A stretch of 64,000 nucleotides of DNA from Caulobacteraceae bacterium (GCA_947452365.1 CANGCO010000007.1:363-64362), one strand, 5' to 3'; positions 18,898 to 28,493 are shown, counted from the first letter of the stretch. Numbers and translations are program-made. Notes: generated by a model from the sequence alone, not told the origin.

Positions 18898-20196
18898 ATG
18901 TCCCATCGCAAGGCTCCCCGCTCCAAGGGGGTGGCCGTGCGGCCGCGCGCGCCGGAGGGCGAGGCGGCGGTCTTGCAGATTGATCATGTTGGGGCCCAGG
19001 GCGACGGTATTGTGCTGGAGCCGCGGGTCTATGTGCCATTTGGCCTGCCGGGCGAGACGGTGAGTGTCATGCGGCACGGCGATCATGCCGAGATTGTCGA
19101 GGTCCAGACCCCAAGTCCCGACCGCATCACCGCGCCTTGCCAACACTTTGGCGATTGCGGCGGCTGTTCGATGCAGCATTGGCGAGACGAGCCCTATCTG
19201 GCCTGGAAGACGGGTCTGGTGCGCAATCTGTTGGCGCGTGAGGGGCTCGAGCCGGAATTTTTAAGCCCCTATGCCGCCAGGCCGGGGTCGCGTCGGCGGC
19301 TGGCCCTGCATGCGCGCAAGGGCGTGGGCGGGGCCGAGCTTGGCTTTAAGGCGCGGCGCAGTTGGCGGCTGGTGGCGATCAAGGACTGTCTGGTCGCGGA
19401 CCCCCGGCTGGTTGCGGCCTTGCCGGCCTTGCGCAAGCTGGCCCTGCCGTTTTTGGAGCATCCCAAGTCTGCCCCGACCTTGCATGTCACCCTGACCCGC
19501 ACCGGCCTTGATGTCGATGTCAGCGGGGTTGAGGCCAAGAGTGGTGGGCTGTCTATGGATGCGCGGATTGCCGCGGCCCAGGCCGCAGGCGAGGCGGATA
19601 TGGCGCGCGTGACCATGGCCGGCGAGATCATCTATATGGCCCGCCAGCCGATGATTTCGTTTGGCCCAGCAACAGTTGCGCTTCCGGCGGCCTCCTTCCT
19701 TCAGGCTGATGCGCAGGCCGAAGCCTTTATGGCCAAGGAGGCGGTTGCGGCCCTGGCGGGATCCAAGGGCATTGCTGACCTGTTTTGCGGGGCAGGGGCC
19801 TTTACCTTCCGTCTGGCCCAGATTGCGCCGGTCTATGCGGCGGACTCGTCTGCCCCCGCCATCAAGGCCCTGTCTTCGGCGCTGGCGTCTGCGCCGGGTC
19901 TAAAGCCGGTCGTGGCCGAGGCGCGCGACCTGGTGCGACGGCCCTATCTGGCCATCGAGATGAAAAAGATCGATTCGGTCGTGTTTGACCCGCCGCGCGC
20001 TGGCGCAGAGGTTCAATGCGGCGAGATTGGGCGATCAGGCGCCTCGCGTGTGGTGGCCGTGTCCTGCAATCCGGTCAGTTTTGTCCGCGATGCGCGCATT
20101 CTGGTCGATGCGGGTTTTAAGCTAAAAACCGTGCGGCCAGTGGACCAGTTCCTATGGTCGCCCCATATAGAATTGGTCGCTGTTTTTGAGCGTTGA
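18898..20196 (+). CDS. TRAM-domain class I SAM-dependent RNA (uracil-5-)methyltransferase (RlmD/TrmA family)
   Basis: It has the Fe-S cysteine cluster C..FG.CGGCSMQHW, the SAM motif DLFCGAGAF and a C-terminal catalytic region (VSCNP). The ATG at 18898 is preferred over the GTG at 18883. Confidence 0.8.
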   Translation: MSHRKAPRSKGVAVRPRAPEGEAAVLQIDHVGAQGDGIVLEPRVYVPFGLPGETVSVMRHGDHAEIVEVQTPSPDRITAPCQHFGDCGGCSMQHWRDEPYLAWKTGLVRNLLAREGLEPEFLSPYAARPGSRRRLALHARKGVGGAELGFKARRSWRLVAIKDCLVADPRLVAALPALRKLALPFLEHPKSAPTLHVTLTRTGLDVDVSGVEAKSGGLSMDARIAAAQAAGEADMARVTMAGEIIYMARQPMISFGPATVALPAASFLQADAQAEAFMAKEAVAALAGSKGIADLFCGAGAFTFRLAQIAPVYAADSSAPAIKALSSALASAPGLKPVVAEARDLVRRPYLAIEMKKIDSVVFDPPRAGAEVQCGEIGRSGASRVVAVSCNPVSFVRDARILVDAGFKLKTVRPVDQFLWSPHIELVAVFER

Positions 20197-20201
20197 TTCC
20201 C

Positions 20202-21251
20202 ATGGTGCCAGCCCGGTCTAGACCTGCCTTTCGCGCCAGCATGCTGGCCCAGTCGGCGCGCTCTGCGCTCAAGGCCGTTTGGTGGACGGCGGCGGGCAGT
20301 GCCGCGCGGGTCATGATTGCACCAAAGGCTGAGCCGGTCGCGACGGACCGGCCCAAACCGGCCCTGGCCAAGGTGCGCCGCGCCTATCTAGAGGCCTTTG
20401 CCAAGGATGCGCGCGACATTGCCGCTGGGCTTTATCCGGCCATGAATGACCGGGCAACTGCGCGCGGCCAGGCCATAGCCCAGACCGCTGATTTTTTGCA
20501 AGATGCCCGCCAAGTCGAGGCGCGGCGCCGCCGGGGCGGGAGCACAGAAGCGCGCGATCTAGCCAATTCGCCTGCCTATCCGACCTATTATAAACAAAAC
20601 TTCCATTTCCAGAGCGGCGGCTGGTTCACGCCTGATAGTGCACGGCGCTATGACGCCCAGGTCGAGGCCCTGTTTTCCGGAGCCGCCGCGGCCATGCGTC
20701 GCCGGGCCCTGTCGGTCTTGATGCAAGGCGTTAAGGGGCAGGATCAGCGGGGCCTAAAGGTTGTAGACCTAGCCTGCGGCACGGGCGGGTTTTTGCGCGA
20801 TCTTATGGCTGCCTTGCCGCGCGCCCAGGTCAGCGGCCTTGATCTGTCGCCCGCCTATGTGCAGCAGGCTAGGGTCGTTGCGGGCGCGAGCTTGGTTCAG
20901 GCCAATATGGAAAGCCTGCCCTATGCCAATGGCAGTCTGGATGCCGTTACCTGCATCTATCTGTTCCACGAATTGCCGCCGCGTCTTAGGCCACTGATCG
21001 CGCGCGAAATGGCGCGGGTGCTGAAACCCGGCGGCGTGCTGGCCTTTGGGGACTCCATCCAGCCGCAGGATGCGCCCGATCTGGCAAGGCTCTTGGATGT
21101 GTTTCCAGCCTTTTTCCATGAGCCCTATTATCTGTCTTATGCCCAGACCGACCTGGTCGCCCTGTTTGAGGCGGCGGGGCTTGAGCACGTGCTCAGCGAT
21201 CAGGCCTTCTTGACCAAGGCCCTATTGTTTCGCAAATCCGCACAATCATGA
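20202..21251 (+). CDS. class I SAM-dependent methyltransferase
   Basis: It has motif I VVDLACGTGGF and a post-I LDLS motif. The start is ambiguous (TTG 20193 or ATG 20202). Confidence 0.7.
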   Translation: MVPARSRPAFRASMLAQSARSALKAVWWTAAGSAARVMIAPKAEPVATDRPKPALAKVRRAYLEAFAKDARDIAAGLYPAMNDRATARGQAIAQTADFLQDARQVEARRRRGGSTEARDLANSPAYPTYYKQNFHFQSGGWFTPDSARRYDAQVEALFSGAAAAMRRRALSVLMQGVKGQDQRGLKVVDLACGTGGFLRDLMAALPRAQVSGLDLSPAYVQQARVVAGASLVQANMESLPYANGSLDAVTCIYLFHELPPRLRPLIAREMARVLKPGGVLAFGDSIQPQDAPDLARLLDVFPAFFHEPYYLSYAQTDLVALFEAAGLEHVLSDQAFLTKALLFRKSAQS

Positions 21252-21922
21252 TCAGCGTCGTCATCCCGACCCTTAATGCCGCCAAGACCCTGCCCCTAAC
21301 CCTCGCAGCCTTGGCCCCCGCGGCCATGGACGGTCTGGTTCGGGAGCTGATCATTATCGATGGCGGCTCCAGCGATGACACGGCAGCGATTGCCGATGAG
21401 GCTGGCGCGCGGTTTGAACAGGCCGAGCCGGGGCGGGGCGGGCAGTTGCGTTATGGCTGTGATCTGGCCAAGGGGCCTTGGCTCCTGATCCTGCATGCCG
21501 ATACGCGGCTGTCGGTGGACTGGGAGGCCGAGGCCATGCGCCATATGCGCCAAAGCCCAGACCAGGCTGGCTATTTTCGATTTCAACTGGACGATGATCG
21601 GTTCATCGCGCGTCTCTGGGAGGCGGGGGTCGCAGCGCGCTGCGCCGTGCTCGGCCTGGCCTATGGTGATCAGGGCCTCTTAATCCGCAAGGCCGTTTAT
21701 GAAGCCGTGGGCGGCTATGAGGCTATGGCCCTGATGGAGGATGTCGATCTGGTGCGCCGTCTTGGCGCCAAGCGTCTCGTGGGCTTAAGGGCGCGGGCCT
21801 TGACCAATGCCGATCGCTTTCGGGCCAAGGGCTATTGGCACCGAAGCCTGCGCAACTGGACTCTTTTGCTCAGATACCTGTTTGGGGCCGACCCCAAGAC
21901 CCTGGCCAAGGCCTATGGCTAG
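21248..21922 (+). CDS. family 2 glycosyltransferase-like protein (TIGR04283-like)
   Basis: It begins ISVVIPTLNAA and has D-G-S-D (IIDGGSSDDT) and DQG motifs. Its start overlaps the upstream stop (ATGA). Confidence 0.7.
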   Translation: MISVVIPTLNAAKTLPLTLAALAPAAMDGLVRELIIIDGGSSDDTAAIADEAGARFEQAEPGRGGQLRYGCDLAKGPWLLILHADTRLSVDWEAEAMRHMRQSPDQAGYFRFQLDDDRFIARLWEAGVAARCAVLGLAYGDQGLLIRKAVYEAVGGYEAMALMEDVDLVRRLGAKRLVGLRARALTNADRFRAKGYWHRSLRNWTLLLRYLFGADPKTLAKAYG

Positions 21923-22493
21923 ACCCACCCTGATCGTCTTTGCCCGGACGCCCGCCATTGGCGTCGGCAAGACCCGCCTGGCCGCCGATATTGGCCGGGT
22001 CGAGGCTTGGCGTGTCTATCGCGCCCTAAGCCAAAGAATTCTGACCCAGGTGCGCGACCCACGTTGGAAAACCGTGGTTCGACTGGCAGGGCGTGGTCGG
22101 TCAAACCACTGGCCTGCTGGGCTTGGTTATGACGATCAAGGGCGAGGTGGGCTGGGCCATAGGCTGCAAGCCGCCTTGCGCGCCCATGCCTCTGGGCCGG
22201 TCATGATTATTGGCACAGATTGTCCAGACGCCAAGCCAGGCCAGATCGCAAAAGCCTTGAAGGTCCTGCCGCGCCATGGGGCGGTGCTTGGCCCGGCGCT
22301 CGATGGCGGGTTTTGGCTGATCGCCCTGTGTGCAAGACGTAGCCGAACCGTGCGGCTCGATCGCGGTATTCGCTGGTCCAGCGCCCAGACATTGACGGAT
22401 ACCGAGTTAGCCCTGGGCCACAGATGCGACCGAATCGCGACCTTGGCTGATATTGATACGGGAAAAGACCTTAAGACGTGGCTTCGCCGCTAA
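21915..22493 (+). CDS. DUF2064 (TIGR04282-like) nucleotidyltransferase-fold protein
   Basis: It has PTLIVFARTP..G.GKTRLA, IGTDCPD and DGG(F/Y)WLIAL motifs. The ATG at 21915 overlaps the preceding gene by 8 nt, and the upstream part of ORF 21807 is likely non-coding. Confidence 0.6.
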   Translation: MARPTLIVFARTPAIGVGKTRLAADIGRVEAWRVYRALSQRILTQVRDPRWKTVVRLAGRGRSNHWPAGLGYDDQGRGGLGHRLQAALRAHASGPVMIIGTDCPDAKPGQIAKALKVLPRHGAVLGPALDGGFWLIALCARRSRTVRLDRGIRWSSAQTLTDTELALGHRCDRIATLADIDTGKDLKTWLRR

Positions 22494-22496
22494 GAC

Positions 22497-23480
22497 CTAT
22501 TGCTGTTGCTGTTGTTGCTGCTGGTCGTGCAGCAGATTGCTGCTGGTCTGCCTCCGTCGCCCCGGCGGTGGAAAGGCTGGGCGGGCTAGTTTTAGATATT
22601 CTGGCTCATGCACAGCGCTTTGAGCCTGGCGCACCGATACGCCAACAGCAAGCTGGCTTTGGGTCTCGCCCTTAAACACGCCTCTTGAGGGCGGTACATC
22701 GGTATAATCACGGCCAATCGCAACAATAATGTGCCGCTCACCGGCTAGGGCATCATTGGTTGGATCGATCCCAATCCAGCCTAAGGATGGCAGATAGACC
22801 TCAAGCCAGGCATGGCTGGCGTCTGGGTCCGACCGATCGCCGGTCTGGTCGCGATCGGTCAGCAAATAGCCCGACACATAGCGCGCTGGGATGTCCCAGC
22901 CGCGGCAGATGGCAATCATGATATGGGCAAAATCTTGGCACACGCCACGGCCAGCCTCTAAGGCCTTATCGATCGGGCTTTCGGCATCCGTCACCCCGGC
23001 CTGATATTCAAACTGCTGATAAATCGTCTTGGACAGGCCTATCACCGTCGACAAAGGGTCTTTCTGGCGAAGGGCTTCAAGGCCTTGGCCTTGGATAAAG
23101 GCCTTTAAGGCCTGAGTGCTGCGACCAAAGCCATGTGGTTTTAGAAAATCGAAACACTCGCCCTTGACGACATCACTGTCGAGTCGCGTCCATTCCTCGT
23201 GGGATAGCGCCAATGGCAAAGCCGCCGGGGCCTTGGTCTCGACCGTAGAGCGCGCCTCAATGGTAAGGCGGTCATGCGGCCTTGGCACATCGAAATGGTG
23301 TACGGCATTGCCAAACGGGTCGGCATAGGAAAACAACTGGGCGGAGGGCTCGAGCGCCAGATCAAACCGGATCAGGCGCTGCAAGCTGCTGCGCTTGGGC
23401 TGCATCCATAGCTCCATGACACTTTCGCGCACAGGCGTGGCGTAGTGGTATTCAGTGACGTGACGGATTTCCAAAAACAT
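22497..23480 (-). CDS. transglutaminase-family protein (Bact_transglu_N + transglutaminase core)
   Basis: It has N-terminal EIRHVTEYHY and the catalytic Cys context GVCQDFAH....CRGWDIPARYVSGY, then HAW.EVY and DPTN. It ends in an unusual Q8 tail. Confidence 0.8.
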   Translation of the reverse strand: MFLEIRHVTEYHYATPVRESVMELWMQPKRSSLQRLIRFDLALEPSAQLFSYADPFGNAVHHFDVPRPHDRLTIEARSTVETKAPAALPLALSHEEWTRLDSDVVKGECFDFLKPHGFGRSTQALKAFIQGQGLEALRQKDPLSTVIGLSKTIYQQFEYQAGVTDAESPIDKALEAGRGVCQDFAHIMIAICRGWDIPARYVSGYLLTDRDQTGDRSDPDASHAWLEVYLPSLGWIGIDPTNDALAGERHIIVAIGRDYTDVPPSRGVFKGETQSQLAVGVSVRQAQSAVHEPEYLKLARPAFPPPGRRRQTSSNLLHDQQQQQQQQ

Positions 23481-23486
23481 GATGGC

Positions 23487-24437
23487 TCAGCCCGGCAAAT
23501 GGTGTTCAAGGGAATAGTCGACATAGGCGCCGTATATGGCCTCATGGATGCGGGCGCAGTCCTGATTGACGGTGGCTAAGAGGCTGCTGGCACCCTGGCT
23601 GGCCATTTCTTCAAGATCGGCAAAGCGCAGGCGCGCACTCAAACGACCCGCCAAACGGTCCGGCGCGCTGGACCCCTGGTCCAGGCCTGGGCTGGCCAGG
23701 GCTTTTAAGTGTTCCTCGATCCTGGCCGTCGCAAATTGGATCGAGCGCGGAAACTCCGCATTGAACAGCAAAAATTCCTGGATCAGTTTGGGCTGAATAT
23801 CGGCGGTATAGACGCGCAGATAAGGCTCGAGCGCGCAGGCCATGCGCAAGAGGTTCATCTGGGCGAGGTGGTCATTAAGGGGTTCGCCGCCTGCCGCTTC
23901 GCCAAAACAGACATCCAGGAGCCGGACAATCAGCTGGGCCCGCTCCAGATAGATACCGAGCATAAGGAAGCGCCAGCCTTCGCCATGGCTCATGGTCGTG
24001 TCGACCGCGCCCTTAAATAGGAACAGGTCCGAAATCACCTCGTGCAAAAAGGGCAGGGCGGCCTGGTCAAATTGCTTGGCGGCCTTAGGGGCGGTAATGC
24101 GCAGGAATAAGAGGTTCAAGCGCTCCCAGGCCTCGCTGGTAATCTGGTCGCGAACCTGACGAGCGTTTTCACGGGCGCGGGCAAGTGAAACGATCACTGA
24201 GCCGGGATCATCACGGTCGAGCACTAGGGCAGCAGCGACATCAACCGCACTCTTGCCCTCTAGCGCAATCTGGGTCTCGCCGACGGCGCCTAAGACCGTG
24301 CGCGCGGCCAAGAGGGCATCGCCTGACGTATCAAGCGAGGCCGTCAGCATGACATCGCTGAGGCGGCTGACATGCTCGGCCCGCTCTATATAGCGCCCCA
24401 TCCAATAGAGACTGTCGGCAACGCGGGTGAGCATCAT
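23487..24437 (-). CDS. alpha-E domain protein (DUF403)
   Basis: It begins MMLTRVADSLYWMGRYIERAEH. The ATG at 24437 overlaps the ATP-grasp stop (ATGA). Confidence 0.8.
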   Translation of the reverse strand: MMLTRVADSLYWMGRYIERAEHVSRLSDVMLTASLDTSGDALLAARTVLGAVGETQIALEGKSAVDVAAALVLDRDDPGSVIVSLARARENARQVRDQITSEAWERLNLLFLRITAPKAAKQFDQAALPFLHEVISDLFLFKGAVDTTMSHGEGWRFLMLGIYLERAQLIVRLLDVCFGEAAGGEPLNDHLAQMNLLRMACALEPYLRVYTADIQPKLIQEFLLFNAEFPRSIQFATARIEEHLKALASPGLDQGSSAPDRLAGRLSARLRFADLEEMASQGASSLLATVNQDCARIHEAIYGAYVDYSLEHHLPG

Positions 24438-25939
24438 GCCGGGCTCTCCTGTGTCTGTGCGCGCGGATCGCTGAGCACCCAAGTGTCTTTGGACCCGCCG
24501 CCCTGGCTGGAATTGACGACCAAAGAGCCACGCTTGAGCGCCACGCGGGTCAGGGCCCCGGGCGTCACAACGATCTTCTCACCGCACAGGATAAAGGGCC
24601 GCAGATCGACATGGCGCGGCTCAATCGCGCCGTCGATCAGGCAGGGCGCTGTCGAGAGCTGGATGGTCGGCTGGGCAATATAATTGGCGGGATCGGCCTT
24701 CAATTGCTGGGCAAAATCCTCGCGTTCCTTGGCGCTGGCATGGGGTCCGACCAACATGCCATAGCCGCCAGAGGCCCCCACCGCCTTGACCACCAGCTTG
24801 TCGAGATTGCCAAGCACATGATCGAGCTGGCTGGTCTCGCGGCACAAATAGGTCTCGACATTGTTCAATATGGCGTCCTGGCCCAGATAATAGCGGATAA
24901 TGGCCGGGACATAGGCATAGACCGCCTTGTCATCGGCAACGCCTGTGCCGGGCGCATTGGCGATCACGACGTTTCCTGCCCGATAGGCATTGAACAGGCC
25001 TGCAACGCCTAGCGACGAGTCCCGCCTAAAGGTCAAGGGGTCAATAAAGTCATCATCGACCCGGCGATAAATCACATCGACGCGCTTTAGGCCGGTCGTG
25101 GTGCGCATATAGACAAGATTGTCATGCACAACCAGGTCTCGGCCCTCAACTAGGGGCGCCCCCATTAGCCGGGCTAGATAGGCATGCTCATAATAGGCTG
25201 AATTATAGACGCCGGGGGTGAGCACCACGACCTGCGGATTAGACCGCCAATCGGAGGCTAGGCTCTTGAGGGTCGCGAGTAAGGCATCGGGATAACGCTC
25301 AACCGACCTTACGCCGCTGGAGCGATAAGTGCCTGGAAAGGTGCGCTTGGCCGCGTCGCGATTGGCCAGCATATAGGATACGCCCGAAGGCACGCGAAGA
25401 TTGTCCTCGAGCACGACAAATTCGCCCGCCTCATTGCGGATCAGATCGCTGCCGCAAACATTGGCATAGGCCTTGTGCGGCACAAACAGGCCCTGCATTT
25501 CGCGGCGATAGGAGGGCGCGCCTAGAACCAGATCGCGCGGAACCACCCCATCCTTCAGAATAGTCTGGTCGCCGTAAATATCGGCCAGAAACAGGTTCAA
25601 GGCCTGAAGCCTTTGGGTCAGGCCCGCCTCGATCCTGGCCCATTCAGCGGCGGGGATAATGCGGGGAAACAGGTCGGTCGGGATGATCTGCTCGGTCGAG
25701 GCCCCGGCCCCATAGACGGTAAAGGTGATCCCTTGCAGCAGGAAGGATTGCTCCAAGGTCCGTTGCCGATCCGCAAGTTCGCTAGCGCCTAGGGTCGATA
25801 TTCGAGACTGAAGCGGACCATAATGGTCTCTGACACCGTGGCTGCGGTCATACATCTCGTCATAGGCACGATCGATCGGATAGGCGGCAGACAGGGGAAA
25901 CAAACTGTCCTGATCTTGGGTTTCGCCCACGGTCATCAT
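24434..25939 (-). CDS. circularly permuted type-2 ATP-grasp protein (DUF404/DUF407)
   Basis: 501 aa with characteristic blocks (RPDL..DGE.VVLEDN.R.PSG.SY, PGVYNSAY.EH..LA..MG). It is the first gene of the conserved triad. Confidence 0.8.
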   Translation of the reverse strand: MMTVGETQDQDSLFPLSAAYPIDRAYDEMYDRSHGVRDHYGPLQSRISTLGASELADRQRTLEQSFLLQGITFTVYGAGASTEQIIPTDLFPRIIPAAEWARIEAGLTQRLQALNLFLADIYGDQTILKDGVVPRDLVLGAPSYRREMQGLFVPHKAYANVCGSDLIRNEAGEFVVLEDNLRVPSGVSYMLANRDAAKRTFPGTYRSSGVRSVERYPDALLATLKSLASDWRSNPQVVVLTPGVYNSAYYEHAYLARLMGAPLVEGRDLVVHDNLVYMRTTTGLKRVDVIYRRVDDDFIDPLTFRRDSSLGVAGLFNAYRAGNVVIANAPGTGVADDKAVYAYVPAIIRYYLGQDAILNNVETYLCRETSQLDHVLGNLDKLVVKAVGASGGYGMLVGPHASAKEREDFAQQLKADPANYIAQPTIQLSTAPCLIDGAIEPRHVDLRPFILCGEKIVVTPGALTRVALKRGSLVVNSSQGGGSKDTWVLSDPRAQTQESPA

Positions 25940-26236
25940 GTCCTTTTACGCTTGCCACCAAGCAGCAGGCCGGAGCCTAGCCTAGGACTTGATTGAGGCT
26001 TTGCTGGTGAAATCGGCAAATATGGGTGGCATTTGTCAGATTGCATATTTTTTAGGCATGGATCGGTTGCTGGTCTGGCGCGGCACGCGGACTAGGCTGT
26101 GTTTGGGAAAATCGACGGGCTTTTCGTAAATTGTTCGAAGATTGCTGCACGCCTTGGCCTAATCGCGGCATCACAAGCCTTGCATTGCGCCTGTGGGCAG
26201 GGTTTAGCTAGGGTTTAGCGGCTATTGTTGTGAATC

Positions 26237-27481
26237 ATGTTTCTGACCGCCCAAGACCAGGCAGTGATGGATCGGCTGGCGGACCTGGGTCCGGCCCTGA
26301 TCACTCGTACCCGGCAATGGTCTGAAATCAATTCGGGCAGCCGTAATCTTTCCGGTCTTAATGCGCAAAAATCCGCCCTGATCGAGGCGGCAACTGGCCT
26401 GCCTGCCGATGTGACCTGCCATCCGCTCGCCCCCATGCGCGAGGTCGCCAATGACGGCCAAGTTTGTGACCTTGAAACCACTGAGGCCCTGTCGATCACG
26501 GTGCGGCCCGATGCGCCGGTTCAGGTCATCCTGACGGGCCATTATGACACAGTGTTTGGCGCGGATAGCCGATTTCAGTCGGTGGTGAGGCGCGCTGATG
26601 GCGCGCTGAACGGTCCTGGCATGGCCGATATGAAGGGCGGGCTTTGCATTATGCTCGCCGCGCTTGAGGCGTTTGAGTCCCATCCCTTAGCCAACCGTGT
26701 CGGCTACCGGGTCCTGATGTCGCCCGACGAGGAGGTGGGTAGCCTGTCTTCAGCCCCGCTCTTGGCGCAATTTGGTCGGCTGGGCCATATTGGCATGACC
26801 TATGAGCCAGCCCTGAGCGACGGTACCTTGGCCGGGGCCCGTAAGGGTTCGGGCAATTTCCATGTCGTGGTCCGTGGCCGCGCCGCCCATGCCGGGCGTG
26901 ATTTTACCCTTGGTCGCAATGCCATCACGGCTGCGGCCCGCTTGGCCGATCAGTTGGATCGGCTTAATGGCCAGCGCGAAGACGTTACCTTGAATGTGTC
27001 GCGCATTGATGGCGGCGGGCCGTTAAACATGGTGCCCGATACCGCTATTGTTCGGTTCAATATTCGTTTTCCAGACCAGGCCGCCGCCGACTGGGCCTTG
27101 TCCGCCGTACAGGCCGCGATTGGGTCTAGCGGCGGGGACGGGCTTGACCTTCATCTGCATGGCGGGGTGACCCGTCCGGCTAAGCCGATGAATGCCTCCC
27201 AGACCCAATTGTTTGAGGCCGTGCGCCAAGTCGGGGCCTTGCTTGGCCAAGAGATTGGCTGGAAGCCGTCGGGCGGGGTGTGTGAAGGCAATAACCTGTT
27301 TGCTTCGGGCCTGCCCAATATTGACACGCTGGGTGTGCGCGGCGGCGATATTCACAGCGAAGACGAATATGCCTGGCCAGACAGTTTTGCCGAACGGGCG
27401 CAATTGTCAGCGGCGATCTTAATAAAGCTGGCAGATGGCGGCATAGACGGCCCGGCCATTCGCGCGGCTATGGAGCTTTAA
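26237..27481 (+). CDS. M20-family metallopeptidase/amidohydrolase (carboxypeptidase G2-like)
   Basis: It has LTGHYDTV, GPGMADMKGG, SPDEEVGS and HAGRDF blocks. It lies immediately upstream of astA. Confidence 0.7.
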   Translation: MFLTAQDQAVMDRLADLGPALITRTRQWSEINSGSRNLSGLNAQKSALIEAATGLPADVTCHPLAPMREVANDGQVCDLETTEALSITVRPDAPVQVILTGHYDTVFGADSRFQSVVRRADGALNGPGMADMKGGLCIMLAALEAFESHPLANRVGYRVLMSPDEEVGSLSSAPLLAQFGRLGHIGMTYEPALSDGTLAGARKGSGNFHVVVRGRAAHAGRDFTLGRNAITAAARLADQLDRLNGQREDVTLNVSRIDGGGPLNMVPDTAIVRFNIRFPDQAAADWALSAVQAAIGSSGGDGLDLHLHGGVTRPAKPMNASQTQLFEAVRQVGALLGQEIGWKPSGGVCEGNNLFASGLPNIDTLGVRGGDIHSEDEYAWPDSFAERAQLSAAILIKLADGGIDGPAIRAAMEL

Positions 27482-27485
27482 GTCT

Positions 27486-28490
27486 ATGTTGGTTGTGCGC
27501 CCCGCTGGGCCTAAAGATTTTGATGCCTTGATGGAACTCGCCATCCTGTCTGGTCGCGGTTTTACCAGCCTGCCGGAAGACGAGGCAACCTTGCGCGGGC
27601 GGCTTGAAACCTCCAAGGCCAGTTTCGATGGCTCAATCGCGCCGCTGGAAGCCTGGTACACGCTCATGCTCGAGGATGCTGCCCTCGGCCAGGTCGATGG
27701 CGTGGCTGGGGTCAAGGCTGGGGTTGGTCTGAAACGACCACACTTTTCATTCCGGGTCGTAACCCTGGCCCAGTCCTCACCGACCTTGAATATGCGCTTT
27801 GACCATAGCGCGCTGGTCTTGGTGAATGAGTGTTCGGGCTGGTCTGAGGTGGGTTCACTGTTTTTGCGCCCCGAGCGGCGGAAGGGTGGGGCGGGGCGTC
27901 TGCTGGCCCAGTCCCGCTATATGCTGATCGGGCTTGATCCGCAGCGGTTTGCCGAAATGGTCCTGGCCGAATTGCGCGGCTGGTTCGAGGCCGATGGTGC
28001 CTGCCCCTTTTGGGACAATGTCTCATCCAAATTCTTTCGCCTGCCGTTTGATGAGGCCGATTTGATGAGCGCCTCGACCGATGGCCAATTCATTCTCGAC
28101 CTTGCGCCGCGTCATCCCATCTATGTGTCTCTGCTGCCAGACTCGGCCCGCGACGCGATCGGCATGGTCCATCGCGAGGGCGAGGCGGCGCGGGCCATGT
28201 TGGAGACCGAAGGTTTTCGCTATCAGGGCCTGATTGATATTTTTGATGGCGGACCGTCCGTGGCTTGCCAGCGCGACGATATTCGCACTGTGCGCGATGC
28301 GGTTGTGCGGACCGTGCAGATCGGGACGGACATCAAGGCCAGCGAGGCCTTGATCTCGAGCGGCCGACTGGAGGCCTTCCGCGCGGTGCGCGCGCCCGTG
28401 GCTATCGATACTGAAACCGCCACGCTCAGCCGCGATGTCGCGGACGTGCTTGGCGTACGCAATGGCGATCTGATCCGGATAAAGGACTAG
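27486..28490 (+). CDS. astA: arginine N-succinyltransferase
   Basis: It begins MLVVRPAGPKDFDALMELA..SG.GFTSLPEDEATL and is 334 aa, in ast gene context. Confidence 0.85.
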   Translation: MLVVRPAGPKDFDALMELAILSGRGFTSLPEDEATLRGRLETSKASFDGSIAPLEAWYTLMLEDAALGQVDGVAGVKAGVGLKRPHFSFRVVTLAQSSPTLNMRFDHSALVLVNECSGWSEVGSLFLRPERRKGGAGRLLAQSRYMLIGLDPQRFAEMVLAELRGWFEADGACPFWDNVSSKFFRLPFDEADLMSASTDGQFILDLAPRHPIYVSLLPDSARDAIGMVHREGEAARAMLETEGFRYQGLIDIFDGGPSVACQRDDIRTVRDAVVRTVQIGTDIKASEALISSGRLEAFRAVRAPVAIDTETATLSRDVADVLGVRNGDLIRIKD

Positions 28491-28493
28491 GGC

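Noticed and set aside
18442-19179. 245-aa minus-strand ORF spanning the antitoxin gene and the RNA methyltransferase start
   Set aside because: It is antisense to two supported genes and crosses an intergenic region. Its composition is Arg/Gly/Pro-rich.
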